Of a stretch of DNA of 64,000 nucleotides, positions 1 through 13,591 are shown piece by piece. Source of the DNA: Antedon mediterranea (Eukaryota; Animalia; Echinodermata); the NCBI RefSeq assembly GCF_964355755.1, contig NC_092678.1:946422-1010421 (forward strand), written 5' to 3'. Every line of letters begins with the position of its first letter. The stretch's first letter is position 1. The position numbers and the translations under genes are program-made. The notes under the pieces were generated by a model. That model did not search any database and was not told where the DNA came from. It saw nothing but the letters and a program-made list of their open reading frames with translations.

Positions 1-86
1 TCTAAACTGCGTGCGTATGTGCGTGCGACGTGCGCTAGATGCAATTGTGCGAGTCAGAAATGTGTCTTTGAGATAATTTTCTAGCA

Positions 87-3000
87 CTAGATGGCACGCT
101 CGCTTCGCTCGCGTACCATCTAGGTCGTGCCCACAGATGGTTCTCGAATACACAGTATTTCAAGCGCGAAAAAAATGGAGATTTCAAATGTACGTACCGC
201 AGGACTATAATACATTGTCGTTTACAGAAACGAATAGATATACACAATGATTTATGTAGTCAACCAAAATTAGCACCCTGGGAATTACTTCCGAGAGAGA
301 AACAAAATGAGTCAAATTTTTTTATTTGGACTCATTTAAAAAAACCCAATTTGTGTTTTGTATGTAACATTAAGGGTTGAGGGATGGGGGAAGAAGATAG
401 GTACAAAGAGGAAACATTTTAAAATATATTCTTATCCACTCAGTAACGAAATATTGTTTTTAATGTTTTATAGGCCTATAAATAATATACCACTAAATAC
501 AGTAAAACATTTGCGATTTAATACGGTACTTTGTTAGAACTGTCACTGTCATAGTCGATTGAAATAGTAAAGTACATGTGTTACGATACACCACTACGAC
601 GTTTATATATTTTTAAATTATTAATTAATACAAACGTTGAGAAGCAACTGTCAGTAATAACGTTTATTTATTTGTATATTATATGTTTATAATCTAACAG
701 TAGGGCCTACCACTCACAGTAATAAAGTTTATTTGTATATATTTTTATATTACATCTAACAGTACCAACACTCACAGTAAGAAATTTGCGATTCAAATTG
801 CGATCAAAAGTGGTTAATACCTTAACAGTATTGTACAGCATTGCAATACTATTTATGTTTATTCTCCAAGGGGGCCCATAAATCTAAATCTATACCTCTA
901 TGGTTAAACCAAATAATTTGGAATGTTTATTTGTATATTATATGTTTATAATCTAACAGTAGGGCCTACCACTCACAGTAATAAAGTTTATTTGTATATA
1001 TTTTTATATTATATCTAACAGTACCAACACTCACAGTAAGAAATTTGCGATTCAAATTGCGATCAAAAGTGGTTAATACCTTAACAGTATTGTACAGCAT
1101 TGCAATACTATTTATGTTTATTCTCCAAGGGGGCCCGCCCATAAATCTAAATCTATACCTCTATGGTTAAACCAAATAATTTGGAATGTTTATTTGTATA
1201 TTATATGTTTATAATCTAACAGTAGGGCCTACCCACACTCACAGTAATAAAGTTTATTTGTATATATTTTTATATTACATCTAACAGTACCAACACTCAC
1301 AGTAAGACATTTGCGATTCAAATTGCGATCAAAAGTGGTTAATACCTTAACAGTATTGTACAGCATTGCAATACTATTTATGTTTATTCTCCAAGGGGGC
1401 CCATAAATCTAAATCTATACCTGTATGGTTAAACCAAATAATTTGGAATGTTCCATTCATCACAAATCAATACATTTGTAAAAACGTATATTAAATGTAT
1501 CAAAATAGTATTTTTTAAAGAAAATCGGCCTGTCTTCAACATTATGATGCTGTACTCGAACTGTTCAACCGGTTTTCAGCTATTAAAAACAATTATCGTA
1601 GGAGGAGATAGGAAAATGCGAAGCCTCCTCGCTCGCGTACCATCTAGGTCGTGCCCACAGATGGTTCTCGAATACACAGTATTTCCAGCGCGAAAAAAAT
1701 GGAGATTTCAAATGTACGTACCGCAGGACTATAATACATTGTCGTTTACAGAAACGAATAGATATACACAATGATTTATGTAGTCAACCAAAATTAGCAC
1801 CCTGGGAATTACTTCCGAGAGAGAAACAAAATGAGTCAAATTTTTTTATTTGGACTCATTTAAAAAAACCCAATTTGTGTTTTGTATGTAACATTAAGGG
1901 TTGAGGGATGGGGGAAGAAGATAGGTACAAAGAGGAAACATTTTAAAATATATTCTTATCCACTCAGTAACGAAATATTGTTTTTAATGTTTTATAGGCC
2001 TATAAATAATATACCACTAAATACAGTAAAACATTTGCGATTTAATACGGTACTTTGTTAGAACTGTCACTGTCATAGTCGATTGAAATAGTAAAGTACA
2101 TGTGTTACGATACACCACTACGACGTTTATATATTTTTAAATTATTAATTAATACAAACGTTGAGAAGCAACTGTCAGTAATAACGTTTATTTATTTGTA
2201 TATTATATGTTTATAATCTAACAGTAGGGCCTACCACTCACAGTAATAAAGTTTATTTGTATATATTTTTATATTACATCTAACAGTACCAACACTCACA
2301 GTAAGAAATTTGCGATTCAAATTGCGATCAAAAGTGGTTAATACCTTAACAGTATTGTACAGCATTGCAATACTATTTATGTTTATTCTCCAAGGGGGCC
2401 CATAAATCTAAATCTATACCTCTATGGTTAAACCAAATAATTTGGAATGTTTATTTGTATATTATATGTTTATAATCTAACAGTAGGGCCTACCACTCAC
2501 AGTAATAAAGTTTATTTGTATATATTTTTATATTATATCTAACAGTACCAACACTCACAGTAAGAAATTTGCGATTCAAATTGCGATCAAAAGTGGTTAA
2601 TACCTTAACAGTATTGTACAGCATTGCAATACTATTTATGTTTATTCTCCAAGGGGGCCCGCCCATAAATCTAAATCTATACCTCTATGGTTAAACCAAA
2701 TAATTTGGAATGTTTATTTGTATATTATATGTTTATAATCTAACAGTAGGGCCTACCCACACTCACAGTAATAAAGTTTATTTGTATATATTTTTATATT
2801 ACATCTAACAGTACCAACACTCACAGTAAGACATTTGCGATTCAAATTGCGATCAAAAGTGGTTAATACCTTAACAGTATTGTACAGCATTGCAATACTA
2901 TTTATGTTTATTCTCCAAGGGGGCCCATAAATCTAAATCTATACCTGTATGGTTAAACCAAATAATTTGGAATGTTCCATTCATCACAAATCAATACATT

Positions 3001-4954
3001 TGTAAAAACGTATATTAAATGTATCAAAATAGTATTTTTTAAAGAAAATCGGCCTGTCTTCAACATTATGATGCTGTACTCGAACTGTTCAACCGGTTTT
3101 CAGCTATTAAAAACAATTATCGTAGGAGGAGATAGGAAAATGCGAAGCCTCCTCGCTCGCGTACCATCTAGGTCGTGCCCACAGATGGTTCTCGAATACA
3201 CAGTATTTCCAGCGCGAAAAAAATGGAGATTTCAAATGTACGTACCGCAGGACTATAATACATTGTCGTTTACAGAAACGAATAGATATACACAATGATT
3301 TATGTAGTCAACCAAAATTAGCACCCTGGGAATTACTTCCGAGAGAGAAACAAAATGAGTCAAATTTTTTTATTTGGACTCATTTAAAAAAACCCAATTT
3401 GTGTTTTGTATGTAACATTAAGGGTTGAGGGATGGGGGAAGAAGATAGGTACAAAGAGGAAACATTTTAAAATATATTCTTATCCACTCAGTAACGAAAT
3501 ATTGTTTTTAATGTTTTATAGGCCTATAAATAATATACCACTAAATACAGTAAAACATTTGCGATTTAATACGGTACTTTGTTAGAACTGTCACTGTCAT
3601 AGTCGATTGAAATAGTAAAGTACATGTGTTACGATACACCACTACGACGTTTATATATTTTTAAATTATTAATTAATACAAACGTTGAGAAGCAACTGTC
3701 AGTAATAACGTTTATTTATTTGTATATTATATGTTTATAATCTAACAGTAGGGCCTACCACTCACAGTAATAAAGTTTATTTGTATATATTTTTATATTA
3801 CATCTAACAGTACCAACACTCACAGTAAGAAATTTGCGATTCAAATTGCGATCAAAAGTGGTTAATACCTTAACAGTATTGTACAGCATTGCAATACTAT
3901 TTATGTTTATTCTCCAAGGGGGCCCATAAATCTAAATCTATACCTCTATGGTTAAACCAAATAATTTGGAATGTTTATTTGTATATTATATGTTTATAAT
4001 CTAACAGTAGGGCCTACCACTCACAGTAATAAAGTTTATTTGTATATATTTTTATATTATATCTAACAGTACCAACACTCACAGTAAGAAATTTGCGATT
4101 CAAATTGCGATCAAAAGTGGTTAATACCTTAACAGTATTGTACAGCATTGCAATACTATTTATGTTTATTCTCCAAGGGGGCCCGCCCATAAATCTAAAT
4201 CTATACCTCTATGGTTAAACCAAATAATTTGGAATGTTTATTTGTATATTATATGTTTATAATCTAACAGTAGGGCCTACCCACACTCACAGTAATAAAG
4301 TTTATTTGTATATATTTTTATATTACATCTAACAGTACCAACACTCACAGTAAGACATTTGCGATTCAAATTGCGATCAAAAGTGGTTAATACCTTAACA
4401 GTATTGTACAGCATTGCAATACTATTTATGTTTATTCTCCAAGGGGGCCCATAAATCTAAATCTATACCTGTATGGTTAAACCAAATAATTTGGAATGTT
4501 CCATTCATCACAAATCAATACATTTGTAAAAACGTATATTAAATGTATCAAAATAGTATTTTTTAAAGAAAATCGGCCTGTCTTCAACATTATGATGCTG
4601 TACTCGAACTGTTCAACCGGTTTTCAGCTATTAAAAACAATTATCGTAGGAGGAGATAGGAAAATGCGAAGCCTCCTCGCATTTTTGTGGCGGGTATTTT
4701 TCAAGATGGACATCCATTAGACAGTGTATACCACGATCGGAAAACACCCCTATTTGGGGCAAATCGTTGAACCTAAATTCGTTTTAATCGTCAATAACTA
4801 ATTATCTAACTTAATTTAATTAGTAAACAGGGTTACATCAGGTGGTTAAAATCAGTACCGAAAGTACGAACCAACTTTATATACCATCGAGTAAAAATTC
4901 TAGAAGTAAGGCGCGATTTACCGATTTTTGCCCTTACGTAAATTTATATATAGA
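87..4954 (-). mobile_element. Non-autonomous Helitron (rolling-circle element) in an intron of an ST8Sia-like gene
   Basis: Minus strand starts A|TCTATATATAAA (4955|4954) and ends CTAG|T (87|86). Subterminal hairpin ctagatggcacgc (87-99) / gcgtaccatctag (111-123) with a GCGAAGC loop. No TSD and insertion between A and T, as expected for Helitrons. Confidence 0.8.
105..4680. repeat. Three near-identical 1524-bp tandem units, each containing three ~260-bp subrepeats
   Basis: Identical ORFs recur at 1448/2972/4496 (period 1524). The tagggcctac subrepeat marker recurs at ~701/960/1223. TCGC microhomology at the unit junctions. Confidence 0.97.
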
Positions 4955-4971
4955 TAAATGTTACAACTTAC

Positions 4972-5180
4972 CTGGGCTTCCTTTTCGTTGATGACGTTAC
5001 ATCCAATCCTGCCATCTGTCGGCGTTCTTTGAACGTTGTGCTGTCATAATTACCGTTTGACGAGTTTAACAAACCAACGTAGGAAGCAATAGAGTATCCA
5101 AGCAAAAACATTAACAACAAATGGATTGCTTGTATACGACAATGTGACGTAGCAATATGTTCAGCATTTCTATTTAGCAA
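4972..5180 (-). CDS. First coding exon (TM anchor/stem) of a third ST8Sia-like sialyltransferase paralog; rest of the gene presumably left of the window
   Basis: HLLLMFLLGYSIASYVGLLNS..FKERRQM aligns with HLLLSLVVGLSIASYTGIWNS..FKGGRM of the exon at 12752-12942, and ends at a GTAAGT donor. True start codon uncertain. Confidence 0.6.
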
Positions 5181-6295
5181 AACATTTTATATGTCACCAA
5201 AATTTGTTTATATTTTGAAAATTCATCAAATGATGGAACGTCCAATATCAATGTTTGAACGCACGTGTCAAAGGTCACGGTTTCACAACAACAATTTGCC
5301 GTTAGGCTACTAGAAAGAATTTTATCACTAGAAAATATCGGAATTATGTATAGTAGAATGTAAGCCTTTTGCTTTCTGTATTGTAATCGTCTTTAATTAT
5401 GTCTATAACTTTATTTTATATTGGCCTAAACATTAAAAACATTCTTCAATAGTTTTAGAAACATCCTCCTGGACCATATTATCATTTACTAGGCCTAGCA
5501 AGTAACATTCGATCTCGGTGCTTCAACAATGACGTGTCGTGTAAATCAAATAATTATTTTAGATAGTTTTCTTATTGTTTGTTCAAATTGTAAAGATGAT
5601 CACTAATAATAAAGTGTCTTATAGTTTACCAACCTCTGTTTACGAACATGTCTATCCATGGCGTTTAACCGCCTTCGTCAGGTTCAATTAAGTACGGTTA
5701 TTTTTTTTTTATTTCCCACATGCCCAATAGTATTCAAAACAGGCGATCGTGCGCATGCCTACTTTAGGCTTCATAATCTAACACATTGTATTTGAACACG
5801 ATCATGCGCAAATGTACATTAGCGATGCGCGCGCCTCCGGACCAATGATTTGGAAACAAACAATACAATACAAACTTTAAATAATTACTTCATTTTATTT
5901 AAATAAAACTTACAATAAAAGAACAAACAAGGTCATTATAAATATAAAAGATATTAAAACGTGTAATCAAGATATCTAAAACAGTTTTAGTTCTAATAAC
6001 ATAAATAGATATTACAAATAATACATCAGAAACGTATGCATAATATAACCATGCATAGCCCTTCACAAGCTACATATAATTCCTATAAACTCAATTTGAT
6101 CGACCATTTTTTTTTTTTCAAATGAGAAAACAAAATTGTATTTTTAATGACAATACCTTTTGTTCTTGTTCGTTCATTAACCACCAATCATTTGAGAAAA
6201 CGTATGACGTCTTGGATATTCTTGCATCTTTGCGATCGCGAAATTTTCGAAAATTAAAGGCGCGCTATAATATAATACAGACAGTACTTATTATT

Positions 6296-8923
6296 TTAAC
6301 GATGTTTAACTACCATTTCGAACGGCTGAGGGCTTAGGGTGATTCCGAAAATCGGTTCAAAATCAGGCCGTGAAGCACCGTCTGGAAGTTCCACTTTGAA
6401 GCGTTGAAGAAGACTTGAAGTGAATATATATATTTCCATTTTGGCTAAACGTTCTCCAAGACAAGCTCGCCGACCTTTTAAAAAAGAAAACAACATTAAC
6501 GACATTATTTAACTTGGAGTGTATAGATTAATACACCAAGAAAACAAAAATACTTTAATAAGAAAATAGAAGAATTAACTAGTATAGCAGTTCCTAACCG
6601 ATTCCAAAAGGCATAAATGCGTCCCGTTTTATCAACGTCTTCTGATCTGCGTCTAGAAATCTTTCTGGCTTAAATTGAAGTGGGTCTTTCCAATATTTTG
6701 GATCTGTATGAATTACTCTCAGGTTGACATTGAAATCTGTATTAGCAGGTATTGTGTAGCCGTCGTTCGGAGTGACGAAATCTGCTGTAGTGCGATGCAT
6801 TACAACACCTGGTGCAACATTCGACAAACGTTGCACTTCGCAGATTGTCGCTTCAAAATATGGAACTTTCAGTTTGTCTCCAACCGTCAGAGAGCGCTCT
6901 CCACCGTTGGTAGCGTTGTCAATCTCTGTCGTAATCTGTCAATTATTAAATGTTGTAATAAAGTTTCATAATCAACCTTGCTCTAAAAATAAAGAAATAT
7001 CTCTCACTAATATCAACAGCAAGTTATACTGAATGTAAGCCAACCTAAGTCGGTTTAGAAAGATGTCAACAGCAAGTTATGTGTAAGCCTATCTAAGACG
7101 GTTTAAGCGTGGTTCCCACTAGCGACGCAACAGAAGGACGTAACGCAACGCAAGTGAATTGACCAATCACAAGCGATGGCTTATTCGCTTGTAATTGCTG
7201 TCTATAACTTCGCTTGTCATTGGTTAAAACGCTTGTGTTGCGTTTACGTCCTTGCGTTACGTTCTAGTGGGAATCAAGCTTTAGAAAGATGTCAACAGCA
7301 AGTTATGTGTAAGCCTACCTAAGACGGTTTAAAAAGAGAAGTAAATGTTTCGAGTAGAAGCCTTTTAATTGCATTTACGTTACATAACGACCATTCGATC
7401 AACATAAAAAAGTAATTCTGCTCACCCTCAGCAGGATGAACGTGCGTGTCATGGAAACGGCGCGGTACTACAACCAGCATACTACTTACTCTTTGTTGAA
7501 CCTCTGGATAGCATATCATATACTGCAAGAACCACATGATTGTATTAGTGGTAGTATCAGTTCCCGCCAAAAATAGCATCAACGTTGATCGCCAAAGGGA
7601 ATCAATTGCTTTTGTAGAAATCAACTTTGAACTTCCGGCGTTTACCATCGATTCTTCTTCAATTTGTAGAAGTATCATATCAAGTAGGTCCCGGATGTTA
7701 TTCTTATCAAAAGTATCTGTGTGTTCCTTCATATGAGAATCAAAAAACTGAATGACATTGTTCACATATTGTTGATGTTTTCTAAATAATTTCAAAATGA
7801 TCGGCATAACGAACTCAAGTTTTCCAAAATGTGAACGATTAAAAATGGCGTTCAAGTTTGATAGTAGTTCGTTGAATTTTGCATCTGTATATTCATAACG
7901 CTTTCCAAAACAGACGGAACAAATGATGTTAGACACGGCGTTGTTGATACATGTAAGTGGGTCAAATTTACCACTTTTTCGCCCAATTTCTTTGCAGAGT
8001 TGTTCAGCTTCGGTGCGGATTTGTTCCTCCAGACTTCTTTTGCCCATTCCAAAATGACGAAGACCGGTCACGATTAGTTTCCGATGGGTCTTCCACTCTT
8101 CACCATTTTCAAAAACAACGCTCCCTATAGATATTAAAAGTTAACATTACTCTGTGATGATCAAGGACATTTTGCATTAAGTTAATAAACATTTAGTAGG
8201 TTTCATTTTTATAGCAGCCTGTCAATATTAGCAATATTAAGCTAACAAAAATAAATTTTTATAGCAAATTATATTTTATCATTTTAATACAATAGAGATT
8301 TTATTCAGTATATACGGGTCACCAGCCCCCAAGTGTTACATTGCAAGTCGTTATTATTATCTGTGTATAATATTATACTGTTAACAATGCAAGCGAATTC
8401 TCAAAATTCAAGCCGTACGTTGAAATGTTTTAAATTGTAAGATCTTCTATAAAACAGTCCTCAACATTCTCAACTAACTAAATAATGCATTTCTAAACTA
8501 AGTATAAATTTCTAAGCTAATTATGAATTTCTAAGCTAGACGATTTCTACAATCATTCATATACGAACCTTTCACTCCCCATCGCCGTCGCGCCACAGGA
8601 TTGTCAGCTCTTCCTGAGAACACATCAGCGTACTTAATAAGTAAAGTACGAACTAACTCTGCGTCGTTTAACAATATAAACCTTCTTCTACCTATATAAC
8701 ACGTAAAGATTGGTCCGTATTCGCGAGCCCAGGTCACCATCGATTTCAACGGGGTTTTACGGTCAAACCAAGGAAGAGACCCTAATAGAGGTATCGAGGG
8801 TGGTCCTGGGGGTAAATTTAGTCGCTTTCCTTTACTGAAATGAATAATAGATATACCGGCAACGGATAGAAGCAGAATGCATCTCAAATCGCATAACGTT
8901 TCTAGATACGCTAGTATTTCCAT
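6296..8923 (-). CDS. Cytochrome P450, clan 2 (CYP2-like), ~501 aa, 4 exons (8923-8569, 8124-7490, 6935-6599, 6474-6296)
   Basis: N-terminal TM and PPGP, WKTHR (WxxxR), AGTDTT I-helix, EVQR K-helix, FKPERF, and heme motif PFGIG|RRACLGE. GT-AG junctions keep frame. Confidence 0.95.
7106..7280. mobile_element. PIF/Harbinger (Tourist-like) MITE in CYP intron
   Basis: TIRs agcgtggttcccactag / ctagtgggaatcaagct with TTA duplicated on both sides. It interrupts a local ~48-bp direct repeat whose empty site is visible at ~7050. Related fragments at ~10610, ~14110 and ~17410. Confidence 0.8.
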
Positions 8924-9477
8924 GATATTATAATCTGACCGAGAATGTGACGTTGTAAGGTCGACGACAAGGAAATGTTATGAATTGTAAAAGTGATATT
9001 ATTATGCTCCATAATAAAGAAAGTAGAAGCGCATTCATGCATATCAAATTATCTATTTAAATATGGGATGAATGGGCATATTAACAGATTTTGAGTGAAT
9101 ACACGTTTAGATACGGTTTACTAGGCCTCACATTACGTTTTTTAAAACTAATCTTAGATAATACCTCCCCGTATTAGTGAATAAACCTTTACTGGCCAAT
9201 AAGAACGATTACTGACTCATAATATGGGTAATATGATAAATGAAACAACCTTCGTTTACGTATGCACACTGACAAACAGAGGATTACCGGTACTTCAAAA
9301 CAGAATATGATAATTTAAAAAACATAAAGTTGCGAGATTAGGCCTACAATGTGTATTATGCAAATGAACTACGTTATTCCAGAAGGTTGGTTGCAGGCAT
9401 TATTTATTTGTCTTTTATTGTATGATTTTATCTCAATTTTATGACACTTTAGTAGATAATAATGCACTTGTATTTTA

Positions 9478-10531
9478 GCCACTATACAACCCCGGTAGAG
9501 GTGCGTCATTTGTCCGATGTGCGTCGTGTACCCACTATACAACCCCGGGAGAGGTGCGTAATTTGTCCGATGTGCGTCGTAGTACTCACTATACAACCCC
9601 CGGGAGAGGTGCGTCATTTGTCCGATGTGCGTCGTAGTACCCACTATACAACAACCCCCGGGAGAGGTGCGTCATTTGTCCGATGTGCGTCGTGTACCCA
9701 CTATACAACCCCGGGAGAGGTGCGTAATTTGTCCGATGTGCGTCGTAGTACTCACTATACAACCCCCGGGAGAGGTGCGTCATTTGTCCGATGTGCGTCG
9801 TAGTACCCACTATACAACCCCCGGGAAAGGTGCGTCATTTGTCCGATGTGCGTCATAGTACTCACTATACAACCCCCGGGAGAGATGCGTCATTTGTCCG
9901 ATGTGCGTCGTAGTACCCACTATACAACCCCCGGGAGAGGTGCGTCATTTGTCCGATGTGCGTCATATTACCCACTATACAACCCCCGGGAAAGGTGCGT
10001 CATTTGTCCGATGTGCGTCGTAGTACCCACTATACAATCCCGGTCCCCCAGGAGAGGTGCGTCATTTGTCCGATGTGCGTCGTATTACCCACTATACAAC
10101 CCCCGGGAGAGGTGCGTCATTTGTCCGATGTGCGTCATATTACCCACTATACAACCCCCGGGAGAGATGCGTCATTTGTCCGATGTGCGTCGTAGTACCC
10201 ACTATACAACCCCCAGGAGAGATGCGTCATTTGTCCGATGTGCGTCGTATTACCCACTATACAACCCCCGGGAGAGGTGCATCATTTGTCCGCCGTGCGT
10301 CATACCTTATGAATACCATGAAACAAAAATGTGACTTACTTTTAGGTGACCATATGACGCACCCATTTGTCGCACTGTGAATATGTTGTTTATGATACTT
10401 TGGTGGTAAAGTAACGGACATTGACCCACCATTGTTCATTGATGTGACGTACCATCCAGGTTTTTGAAGCACCCCTGCGTCAGTCATTCTTTGTAAATGA
10501 TGCACCTCTCCCGGGGGGTCGTATAGTGGGT
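9478..10531. mobile_element. MITE whose left terminal segment is amplified into a ~55-bp minisatellite (~15 copies, 9478-10305)
   Basis: Unit cccactatacaacccccgggagaggtgcgtcatttgtccgatgtgcgtcgtagta. A single inverted copy of its first ~37 bp lies at 10495-10531. No clear TSD. Confidence 0.7.
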
Positions 10532-10751
10532 CATACAATTGACAAGTTGTTCTAATCAAGTGATTAGAAAGGAAAATCATGAATATTCAAATTCAGAGGC
10601 GCAATAGAAGTGAATTGATCAATCGCAAGCAACAACCGTTCGGATGATACAACATTGCGTAACATTACTTGCATTGCGCGCGCTTCGTACACTTGCGTTG
10701 CGCTTCCTATTTGCGCTGCGCGTACATCCTTGTGTAAAACACAAAGTTAAT

Positions 10752-12942
10752 TCATGAGATAGCACATTTATCTGTAACCATTCTAAAGTAGCCTTGTTTA
10801 CTCATCTCCGTCAGTTTCCTATATTCACTCGGCATGTTGTGACTGTTATTAAATTCAACTTCTGTTTTTCCTTCATAGTGATATAAAATTGTTCTTCCAT
10901 CAGGTGCAGTGCTGAATGGGTAAAATCCGTACAATGATATCATATCGCAGAATGGCACGGCTGCGGTGTACAAAAACAGGCCTGATGAGGGGTAGTCTGT
11001 CATGTTCCAAAATCTACAACAAAAATAACAGCATTAGATGAGAAGGCGATAGAGGGCATTTAATATGTTGGCCCATATTGATGATACAGATAACTCGAGA
11101 TTTTAATAAGCTCTTGTGACGTCACCAATATATCGATTTTTTTCCACGAAGATCAATGTGCATGGTGTGTTGTTGTATGCACGTTATCCCACAAACAACT
11201 TACATGCAAGTTTTTTGGCTTAATAATCAAAAATAATCTTCTCGCTTTGGACAAATATGTCTCTTTTTTGGATTAGATTCGTAACACGTACCCATTGAAT
11301 ACACTTTCCAGTTGCTAATTATATGCCTAAGCACATACCACCTAACGATAACCAGTTTCAATGTGTACTAATGAATGGTAAAGTACCTGTACTAAGTATT
11401 CTAATTCTTACCGTCTAAGCAATCCCTTTAAATTCTTGAACGGGTAAGCAACTAAATTATACAAGTTATTTCTTCGAAAGAAGTTGACGTAAGTGCGATG
11501 ATCGAGAGTGGGCACGCTGGTCAGTTTAGAAAACCAAATAACAGCGTTTGGAAACTCACGAAACCTGCCAACTCGAAACTGTCCTTCACACGACTTATCG
11601 CCAGTTTTAGCGCAGTACAGTAGACGTCTTGATCCAAAGCCGTTGTTAGTCATTACGTTCGTTTCGTTGCCGACATCATTCACAAATTCTTTTATTGGAG
11701 CCAAGTTCGATCTCATCACAAAATCATGTGCGTCAATTTCAGCGCCACATCCACTGTTCAGCAGAATCCCACCATTACCTATGACTGCGCATGTGCGCTG
11801 AGGAGGAATCAACTCTCCAGTTTTCTTAAGTCTGTTGCTATGATACTGACTGCTATACGTTTTCTTTGAAATCGTTTTGCTTTTCAACTTCTTTAGTCTT
11901 GTATTGCTTCCGTTGACCTGTTTTGATGCTGACCCGGTAAAGTAGGTGACCTTTTTAACCGGTTTATCTCGTTGGTGTTTGGGTATCTGTATACTCGTTG
12001 AAAGACCGTACATCGTTGCCCTTCTCCTAAAGAAAAAACCAGAGCCATATATAGAGAAAAAAACCCAGTGGATTATAACAAAAACTGTAGAATACGAACA
12101 ATGTGTTACCACTATACGGTCAGTATGGAAAAACATACCAACTAAAATTAAATAATCCCAACAATACATTCAAAGCTAGAGCTAGGCTTTCACAAAACTA
12201 AACTGTTTTTCTTTTGTTGTATTCAAGACATTATCACAATGCAAAACAGGTTTTCTTTTATCTGATTGTTTAATCCTGTATACAGATGTTGTTAAATAAA
12301 TAAATTAATTAATCCCTATATTCAGGGGACACTCATAAAAAAAATACAAAAAATGTACACAACGCAATTAGCAACATTTTAAATACTCCTAATGATTATG
12401 CTGTAACTATGTTTAGGTTGTGGCCGTTTTGTGTGTTGTCCTTGTTATACCTCTTCCTCGATCCAGTCACTGATTGTCATTAACAAAAGAAATGTGCAGT
12501 TTAATCAATGGTACGTACCTTAATTGTAACACTTTTTCCAAAACTATTGTTTTATTAAATTCATCTTCAAGAAATTCTCTTACAGTTCGCTTTCTTACAA
12601 ATCTGTCAAATTGAATGTTTAGAAATAAAAATTAAACTTTACGACAAATAGTACAATGAGGTTATTGTTAGCAGCTAGGCCTATTTATAGTATCAAAACG
12701 ACTGACATTTTGTTTATGAATATAAGACCATTTTCCAGATCAATAACTTACTCAGATGTTGCCGTCGTTAAAGTCTTCGTCGAAAAAGTTTTAGTCGATA
12801 ATCTTGGCATCCGGCCTCCTTTGAAATCGGTCATTTCAAATTTGCCGTACGAATTCCATATGCCAGTGTACGAAGCAATTGATAAACCGACCACAAGCGA
12901 CAACAACAAATGAAAAACTGTTTTTCTACTAAACTTTGCCAT
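10752..12942 (-). CDS. Alpha-2,8-sialyltransferase-like (GT29, ST8Sia family), 4 exons (12942-12752, 12602-12519, 12026-11412, 11013-10752)
   Basis: Type II TM anchor. Sialylmotif [67 protein letters not shown], plus the C-terminal Cys typical of ST8Sia. Confidence 0.92.
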
Positions 12943-13591
12943 CGATATATTCCCAGCGTTCCTGGGGAAACAGAAAAATAAATAAAAACACTTAGGCCTA
13001 CATCAATGACACCAACCAAATAGATCGAGGAGTCGAAACACGATTCCTGAAGGCCTACCGTATCTATCAAACAGAACAATTCGTGCGTATCCGCATTGGT
13101 GATTAGGCCTAGACCTCTTCTGTTTTAAGAATTTATAACGAACCATTTTATACACATTTTAGCTTTTTTTCTAGATTGAAAGCTAGTTATAACTATAATC
13201 AAATTAATGTTTCCTACATAAATGATGCCACAAACGTCTGTTTACATAAGTGTTTATCAATGACGCTTAGTTCACACACTAACTGAATTTCCCACAATGC
13301 ATTGTCAAAAACACAGGTGGACATACAGACTATATGTATACGACACAACATTGAGATTGATACGATCATGCGCACATTATACTTTTATTTTCATCTCTTT
13401 ATAAATACACGTCATGTCAGACTATCGTTGTTTAGAGAATACATACAACTGGACATAGTTTAGCAATATTGTACAACATCGTTTTTAATTGCGGAATAAG
13501 AAAGATATAACATCAGACAATTCAAACAAATTAATTGTTTTTTGAACAATAATGCTTAAGTTTAACATTAATCGAGGCAAAAGATATTCAT

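Noticed and set aside
1448-4720. Repeated 108-aa and 62-aa ORFs
   Set aside because: By-products of the Helitron tandem units, spanning the unit junction, with no recognisable domain.
9369-10580. Numerous overlapping repetitive ORFs (also at 41918-42195, 45698-46067 and 57541-57732)
   Set aside because: Translations of stop-poor minisatellites in several frames.
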